NCBI GenBank assembly: GCA_043754515.1
Contig: JAYUUO010000124.1
Coordinates: forward strand, 1 to 12,604
Length of the DNA: 12,604 nt
Source of the DNA: Armatimonadota bacterium
GTDB taxonomy: Bacteria > Armatimonadota > Armatimonadia > Armatimonadales > Armatimonadaceae
Direction of reading: 5' to 3'
Part shown: positions 7,239 through 12,604 of the stretch, one piece after another
Position numbering within the stretch: the stretch's first letter is position 1
Layout: each line of letters opens with the position of its first letter
The notes under the pieces: model-generated
What the model saw: the letters and a program-made list of their open reading frames with translations, nothing else
What the model was told of the DNA's origin: nothing
The model's database searches: none
Program-made: the position numbers and the translations under genes

Positions 7239-9988
7239 CAATTATCCTGAGCGGGACGCGCGGGAAGACCCGCCCGCAAGAGACCGCCAACAACTTCCGC
7301 CATATTCTCCAGAGCGACGCTCGGCATTTCGGGCGAGGCAAGAGACACCAGAGTGGTGTCCGCGCTCACCCCCTGGTTGGAATCACGTATATATAGAACA
7401 ATCGGTGTACCAGAAATCGTCAGCTGTTGCAAGGCGATTGCCAACCGTTCGACGTCGGGGGTGTCCCGCGCGAAGTCGGCGAGGTCTATCTGTATGGCGG
7501 CCGCGTCATCCGATTCGGTACGCTTTTCGCGTAACCTGTCGCCCAGCGATTCGGGCGTGTCCTCGCAGTCCAGAGTGATCGCCTCCTCAAGGGGCAGGGC
7601 ATTCCGGTTAGCAATGACGACGCTCGCTTGCGATAACACCTCGCCCCCCGAAACAGCCAGAGCACAAACGAAGATTCGGAGCGCATGCGTTTTGTCCTCG
7701 GCCCGAAGCGTATGCAATAAACTCAGGGCGTTCATCCGGGAGGCGGCCAGGTTAACAATCACGGCGTCAGGGCGCAGATCGCGTGCGCGTCGCGTCGCTT
7801 CCGCGAAGTTCATCGCGCTACTAGTCACGTACCCGAGACTGCGGAAAAGACCGGTCATTCTGTGTAGACTGGTCTGCTCTTCGTCCACGATCAGAACCAA
7901 CGCCCGCGCGTCGGCATTCGCGGCGGGCGGGGTCGCGGACGCCTCCCACGACGCTATCACTCGCGCTGGCGTGACTGCGTCATCCCCCCTCTGAGCCACC
8001 GGTAGCGTGAAATAGAACTGGCTCCCGCTCCCTGGCTCGCTCTCTACCCGTATCGTGCCGTGCATACGCTCCAAAATTGCTCTGGTAATAGCGAGTCCGA
8101 GGCCCGTGCCGCCGACATCGCGGGTCGTGCTGTTATCGGCGCGGAAGAACTTCTGGAACAGGCGGTCCTGATCCTCAGCGTTGATGCCGATACCCGTATC
8201 CGCGACGCAGGTGGTCATCACGCCATTCTCCTGCTCCACGCGCACGGAAACGTCGCCCCCAGAAGGGCTGTATTTGATCGCGTTCGACAACAGGTTGACG
8301 AGCACCTGCGTGATCCGGTCGCGGTCGCCACGAACGGTGGGGGCCGGGGTGAGTTCCGAGCGCATATCCAGGCGCAAGGAGACGCCACGGGCTTCGGCCT
8401 GGTTATGCATCATTCGCATCGCCTCGTGGACCACCGGCAGATACTCTATCGTCTCCTGGCGGAGCGACATGCGACCCGACTCGATGCGCGAGATGTCGAG
8501 CATGTCATTGATGAGGTCGGTCAGCCGCCGCGTACTCGCCTGAACCATGCCCAAAAACTCACTCTGCACTGGGGTCAAATCGCCCGTCTTGCCGCCCATC
8601 ATCAGGTCAACGTATCCCTTGATCGCGGTAAGCGGGGTCCGAAGTTCGTGCGAGACAGTAGACACGAACTCGGTCTTCATCCGGTCCACGATAGTTTCGC
8701 GCGTGACGTCACGGAAAACGAAGATGCGCCCCATGATCCCGGCATCGGGGTTGGTCTCGGTCGCCGAACCCAACTCCCCGCGCACCGGTGCCGTGTAAAC
8801 GCGGAGCGTGCGCGGCGACGGTTCGCGGGTCTCCATTGTCTCATCAGCGACCGCCTCCCAGTCCGCGATCCACTCCCGAAACCGCGCGGTCGCGGCCGCC
8901 TTGTTTTTGAACCGGTCTAAAAAAAGGGGGGCGGCATCCGTGAAGGTCTGGTCACGCATCACGCCCGCATCTACGCCGAACAGAGAGGCGAACCGCTCAT
9001 TCATCAAAGAAAAGCCTTCCGCCCGGTCGAGGAGCACGATTCCGTCATTGGTCGCGTTCAGCACCGCTTCGATGCGCCGACCTATCGCGGCCAGTGCTTC
9101 GTTCTGCGCCCGTAAGATCGCCTCGCGCTCGCCGATGGTGCGCGCCATCCGCGAAAGCGCGTGCGCGAGATCGCCGATCTCGTCGTCGTCGTGCGGGTAC
9201 TGATCCAGCAGAAGGCGCGTCATGTCGCCGCGCTCGACCTCCTCAGCAGCAAGCCGCAATTCCTCAATTGGCTTCGTGATGCCCACGGTAAAGAAGCGGG
9301 CGAGACCGACCGCTATTAGCATCGCCACGATCGGAGTGCCGATGGTAAACCCGACGCGCCACCGCTCGCTCAGTTGCGCACGCCGCAACTGTTGTTGCCG
9401 ATACCTCTCCGCGAAGTCAACCAGCCTGTCCATGGCGGTCTGTACGCCGTCGAACGCCTTCGCGGAGCGGCTCGCCGCCGCGCGACTGACGGCGATATTA
9501 TGCGGCAGTAGGGCGCGATCCGCTGCGGCGAACTCCGGCGTCGCGAACCGGGTGTACCAACGACGGTATGCGGAGTCGGCGAGTTTCATCTGCCCATCAA
9601 GCGAACTGTTCTGCTGGCCAGCGGCGAACTCCTCCACCTTGCGGAACTGATTCCGGTAGTCGTCCCGCACGTTCCCGAACTGCTGTCGGAAGCTCGCGTC
9701 CCCATATAGGAGATAGCCTTGCAAATCGTTACCGCTGTCCACGGCGGCGCGGCGCATCGCGTACGAATTGTCCACGAAGCCGACAGTCGTCGTGTAATCT
9801 TTAACCGCCTGATCCAGCACGGAGGCGATCAGGTAAGGCACGAGAAACCCGGCGACCATGAAGAACAGGAAGAGAATCATATACCCGCCGAATATTCGCG
9901 CGGCGATGCGGCGCGAGCCGAGCACCGGAGTCATCACGCGAGAGAGAGGAGTAAAGACCCCGCCGCCCGCCGCCCGCTCCCCCATCAT
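7238..9988 (-). CDS. Membrane-bound hybrid sensor histidine kinase (TM - helical CHASE3/4HB-like sensor - TM - HAMP - PAS - HisKA - HATPase_c - degenerate receiver)
   Basis: 916 aa with two hydrophobic segments. HAMP (ITKPIEEL...DDEIGDLAHAL), PAS-like (VLNATNDGIVLLD...FVFRDVT), H-box SHELRTPL (His codon 8648-8650), N-box NLLSNAIKYS, G1 DTGIGI, F-box LFQKFFR, G2 GTGLGLAI. C-terminal LVLIVDEE...RPDAVIVNL is receiver-like. The sensor-domain family assignment is tentative. Confidence 0.95.
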   Translation of the reverse strand: MMGERAAGGGVFTPLSRVMTPVLGSRRIAARIFGGYMILFLFFMVAGFLVPYLIASVLDQAVKDYTTTVGFVDNSYAMRRAAVDSGNDLQGYLLYGDASFRQQFGNVRDDYRNQFRKVEEFAAGQQNSSLDGQMKLADSAYRRWYTRFATPEFAAADRALLPHNIAVSRAAASRSAKAFDGVQTAMDRLVDFAERYRQQQLRRAQLSERWRVGFTIGTPIVAMLIAVGLARFFTVGITKPIEELRLAAEEVERGDMTRLLLDQYPHDDDEIGDLAHALSRMARTIGEREAILRAQNEALAAIGRRIEAVLNATNDGIVLLDRAEGFSLMNERFASLFGVDAGVMRDQTFTDAAPLFLDRFKNKAAATARFREWIADWEAVADETMETREPSPRTLRVYTAPVRGELGSATETNPDAGIMGRIFVFRDVTRETIVDRMKTEFVSTVSHELRTPLTAIKGYVDLMMGGKTGDLTPVQSEFLGMVQASTRRLTDLINDMLDISRIESGRMSLRQETIEYLPVVHEAMRMMHNQAEARGVSLRLDMRSELTPAPTVRGDRDRITQVLVNLLSNAIKYSPSGGDVSVRVEQENGVMTTCVADTGIGINAEDQDRLFQKFFRADNSTTRDVGGTGLGLAITRAILERMHGTIRVESEPGSGSQFYFTLPVAQRGDDAVTPARVIASWEASATPPAANADARALVLIVDEEQTSLHRMTGLFRSLGYVTSSAMNFAEATRRARDLRPDAVIVNLAASRMNALSLLHTLRAEDKTHALRIFVCALAVSGGEVLSQASVVIANRNALPLEEAITLDCEDTPESLGDRLREKRTESDDAAAIQIDLADFARDTPDVERLAIALQQLTISGTPIVLYIRDSNQGVSADTTLVSLASPEMPSVALENMAEVVGGLLRAGLPARPAQDN

Positions 9989-10749
9989 AAGAGGTTTTCC
10001 AGCCCGGTCACTAGGCCAGACAGCGAACGCGCCGCGCGGATGGCGAGCAGGACGCCAGGCATGAAAGAGGACCGGTCGGTGCTGTCATGGCGCAGAGACA
10101 ACCGTTGTCCCGCCGCCCCGAAAATCACCTCCTGGGAAGCCACATACCCCGGCAACCGTACCGAATGAATCGGGATCCCCAGCAACCTCCCGCCCCGCGC
10201 CCCCGGCACCGTTTCGAGCGCGCCCGTCGGCGTCGCCTCCGGGCGCATCCCGGACTCATCGCGCGCCCTGGCGATCATCTCGGCGGTTCGCGTCGCCGTC
10301 CCCGACGGCGCGTCCAGCTTACTACCGTGGTGCATCTCGATAATCTCGACATCGGGCAGGTACCGCGCGGCTTCGGCGGCGAACCGCATCAGGAGCACCG
10401 CGCCGAGGGCGAAGTTAGGCGCGATAAGAGCGGCGGTGTCGTGCGCCTCGCACAGCGCGGCGATCTCGGCGCGGTTGGCATCCGACAAGCCCGTCGCCCC
10501 TATTAGCGGGATGACGCGGGCGGCGAGTGCGGCGCGGACGTTCCCCATCACGCCCGCCCCGACCGAGAACTCGACCATCACGTCCGGGCGGGATTCACCG
10601 ATAAGCGCGGCCACGTCATCGCCGCGCGCGATCCGCGTTACGACGGCCATGTCCGGCGCGTCGGTGACGGCGCGTACCGTTTCGATGCCCATCTTCCCCG
10701 TCGCGCCCGCGACCGCGACGCGTATTATCCCTGTAGATGAATCGTTCAT
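9985..10749 (-). CDS. dapB: 4-hydroxy-tetrahydrodipicolinate reductase
   Basis: RVAVAGATGKMG, GATG, IAPNFALGA, signature EMHHGSKLDAPSGTA, IHSVRLPG, LRHDSTDRSSFMPGVLLA. The stop codon overlaps the kinase start (ATGA). Confidence 0.97.
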   Translation of the reverse strand: MNDSSTGIIRVAVAGATGKMGIETVRAVTDAPDMAVVTRIARGDDVAALIGESRPDVMVEFSVGAGVMGNVRAALAARVIPLIGATGLSDANRAEIAALCEAHDTAALIAPNFALGAVLLMRFAAEAARYLPDVEIIEMHHGSKLDAPSGTATRTAEMIARARDESGMRPEATPTGALETVPGARGGRLLGIPIHSVRLPGYVASQEVIFGAAGQRLSLRHDSTDRSSFMPGVLLAIRAARSLSGLVTGLENLL

Positions 10750-10763
10750 TAGTGATAGTTATA

Positions 10764-10782
10764 CCGCACGCGCCGCGTGCGG
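10764..10782. repeat. GC-rich hairpin in the 38-bp gap before dapB
   Basis: CCGCACGC-GCC-GCGTGCGG, an 8-bp stem with a 3-nt loop, followed on the minus strand by TATAACTATCACTA-ATG. Confidence 0.5.
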
Positions 10783-10787
10783 ACGCG

Positions 10788-11993
10788 CTACTTGTCGTAG
10801 ACGCGCGTGACAAACGTGACGAGGATCGGCTGGGCGGCGCGGGTGACCGCCAGCCAGGCGCGGTAGATGCCCGCCTTGGGGAACCGTACCGGGAATGAGA
10901 GCGTGGTCGAACCCGACCGCCCGTTACGCGGGTCGCGCGTGTCCGGCACGGCGTGGACGAACGTTTTGCCGTCGCGCTCGGCGAAGTAGAGGTGCGCGAG
11001 GGCGGCGTCATTTATCTGCAAATCGTTGATCGCGTTCCCTTGCCCGTCCTCAAGTTCCAGCGTGAGCGAATCGGTCTCCCGCGCCAGTAGCCGGGTCGGG
11101 CGCGTGAACCGCAGGGTGATGCCCCCTTGTCGCACTAGCGGGGAGATCTGCGCCATCATCGGCTCCGGCAGTGCCCTCGCGCCCGGAATCGTGAGCCGCG
11201 CGGACATCACCTGAATCCCGGCATCTTTAGGAGCGACTTCAGCGAACAGCCGCCAGACGCCGCCACTCGGGAAGGTGTGTTCCAACGTAAAATACCCGTC
11301 ATCCTTGGAACCCGGCGCGGCGGACACCGGAACCGGCTTCACATGGCGTAGGTCGCTGTTGTCCTCACGCACGATATAAAAATGCATCGGCGAGTCGTAG
11401 ACCGGCTCGAAATCCGTGACCCGTTTTTTGGCAACGTCGCTGACCCATATCCGCAGGCTCACCAGTTCTCCGGGGAGTGGTTGCGACGGGGTCGCGTCTA
11501 TCTTCAGCGAGAACTCCGCCGACCGCTCCTTATTCTTACCCCCCTCAACCTGAACATTTACCGGGGTGAACTCCATCACAACCGGTTTGTTCGTGTCGCT
11601 GTCGGCGGGGATGACCGTGACCGAAACGGTATAAACGCCCAACGCGGGAAACTTGCCGACCAGCGAATACTCGCCGGAGACGCCCCCCGGATAAGCCGTC
11701 AGCGCGAGCGACTTGCTATCTCCGATTCCGGACGCTCTCACCGACGCTTCGATTCGGGCGAAGGGAAGGGTCTGCCTCGCGCCCTTATCGCCGACACGCT
11801 CGACGCGCAGTAAGAGAATCGCCTCCTCGCCTGATTTCAGGGTCGGCGGCACTCGGAGTGACAGGCTGTAGCCGTCCTTTTCCTGGCGTATGGTTTGCGG
11901 TTCCGCGCCGTTCGCGGCGGGCAGGACGGTCAGAACGAGCGTACAGAGCGCGACGTGGAGCAAATCGCGGCGGTTAAAAGGGGAGTGGTTCAT
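10788..11993 (-). CDS. Exported (twin-arginine-like signal) protein: N-terminal YtkA/FixH-like Ig domain plus two repeats resembling secreted heavy-metal-binding proteins
   Basis: N-terminus FNRRDLL + hydrophobic stretch + AANG-A. Three beta-rich modules ending FPALGVYTV, FPSGGVWRLF and FPKAGIYRAW. Repeated motifs MHFYIVREDNSDLRHVKP and AHLYFAERDGKTFVHAVP. Family assignment is from recalled motif similarity, not a search. Confidence 0.75.
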   Translation of the reverse strand: MNHSPFNRRDLLHVALCTLVLTVLPAANGAEPQTIRQEKDGYSLSLRVPPTLKSGEEAILLLRVERVGDKGARQTLPFARIEASVRASGIGDSKSLALTAYPGGVSGEYSLVGKFPALGVYTVSVTVIPADSDTNKPVVMEFTPVNVQVEGGKNKERSAEFSLKIDATPSQPLPGELVSLRIWVSDVAKKRVTDFEPVYDSPMHFYIVREDNSDLRHVKPVPVSAAPGSKDDGYFTLEHTFPSGGVWRLFAEVAPKDAGIQVMSARLTIPGARALPEPMMAQISPLVRQGGITLRFTRPTRLLARETDSLTLELEDGQGNAINDLQINDAALAHLYFAERDGKTFVHAVPDTRDPRNGRSGSTTLSFPVRFPKAGIYRAWLAVTRAAQPILVTFVTRVYDK

Positions 11994-12002
11994 CGTCCGT
12001 TG

Positions 12003-12031
12003 TTAGACGCGCCACGGGTTGATATGCTTCA
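12003..12031 (-). promoter_or_regulatory. Candidate ECF-sigma promoter for the exported protein gene
   Basis: Minus strand TGAAGC-N16-CGTCTAA, close to the Bacillus SigM/SigW-type TGAAAC-N16-CGT(C/A) consensus, ending 9 nt before the ATG at 11993. Confidence 0.35.
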
Positions 12032-12263
12032 ACAATCGGCTCTTCGTCGGAGTCGTCTCCCCGCCAGCCCGCCAGCGCCAGAGGCGGCGGACGCACGCTT
12101 TGGGGCGTCCGTGCCTTTATTCCGCCAACGAATCGCTTCTACACTGAACTTTCCGCCGAGGAAATGTAGCCGCTCCCCGTGGTGCAACGGGCAAAGCGCG
12201 TCGCCCTCCGGCGCAAGGTCGCCGTGCGGTAGCCGGAGACGATTTCGGGCGTCGTCGCCATCT

Positions 12264-12292
12264 TTCTCAAAGGAAAACATTCAGCATATAAT
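12264..12292 (+). promoter_or_regulatory. Sigma70-type promoter
   Basis: TTCTCA (12264-12269), 17-nt spacer, perfect TATAAT (12287-12292), followed by TAAGGA SD and GTG at 12313. Confidence 0.65.
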
Positions 12293-12312
12293 CGTGCATA
12301 AGGAAGCCCGGC

Positions 12313-12604
12313 GTGAGCAATTTTACAGAAACACCGATCGCGAGCGACGTGCAGAAAGAGTTCGATTTCTGCACGGCGAACGGCTTAAAAAACTTGGGCG
12401 TTAAGCCCGATGATGACGCCGATGTGATCGTCAAAGCGGTCGGCGATTTTATCTACAAATGGGACGCGGATCGCAAGTCATTCTTCCGTCGTTTGATGCA
12501 ACTGCGTGGCGACACGGCGAACATTGCTTTGTGGCTCGGGATTGTTTGGGGCAACCAAGTGTGTCGCGCTTTCGGCTGGACGTGGGCGTGTCTGGAATGC
12601 GGGG
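12313..12604 (+). CDS. Hypothetical protein, truncated by the window edge (absent from the ORF track)
   Basis: Manual translation: MSNFTETPIASDVQKEFDFCTANGLKNLGVKPDDDADVIVKAVGDFIYKWDADRKSFFRRLMQLRGDTANIALWLGIVWGNQVCRAFGWTWACLECG... The frame is open to the edge, with an SD and a promoter upstream. Confidence 0.8.
   Translation, partial: MSNFTETPIASDVQKEFDFCTANGLKNLGVKPDDDADVIVKAVGDFIYKWDADRKSFFRRLMQLRGDTANIALWLGIVWGNQVCRAFGWTWACLECG

Noticed and set aside
8060..8920. 286-aa plus-strand ORF and other long ORFs opposite the kinase, asd, dapB and zwf
   Set aside because: Expected antisense open frames in GC-rich coding DNA, with no recognisable motifs.
8918..8931. C6T7 run in the kinase, including an in-frame U_UUU_UUA slippery heptamer (frameshift or phase variation)
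   Set aside because: The reading frame is intact, the runs are short, and no stimulatory structure lies at the usual 5-9 nt spacing.
11895..12404. ORFs 11895..12404 (+) and 12029..12280 (-)
   Set aside because: The first overlaps both real flanking genes and the promoter. Both have Arg/Pro/Ala/Gly-rich, non-protein-like composition and no convincing SD.
1..12604. CRISPR array, tRNA/rRNA, IS element or prophage
   Set aside because: No regularly spaced repeats, RNA gene signatures, transposase, integrase or phage genes were seen.

Overview
GC-rich bacterial chromosomal window. The protein styles suggest Armatimonadota or a similar lineage, but this is inference only. In order it contains: the 5' part of an isocitrate dehydrogenase gene (minus strand, runs off the left edge, absent from the ORF track); two minus-strand genes for secreted proteins (a small protein with a PEP-CTERM-like IPEA tail and an ~815-825 aa protein with an unknown-function core, an Ig-like domain and a distinctive C-terminal domain); a divergent, stand-alone zwf; and a 21-bp perfect inverted repeat. 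Next is a minus-strand run of a Tat-like exported protein, dapB, a membrane hybrid histidine kinase and asd, then a divergent gene truncated at the right edge with a good sigma70-like promoter. The most unusual feature is the orphan sensor kinase. It overlaps dapB (ATGA) and asd (TGATG), and its receiver domain has Asn where the phospho-accepting Asp is expected. No mobile element, CRISPR array, tRNA or rRNA was seen.
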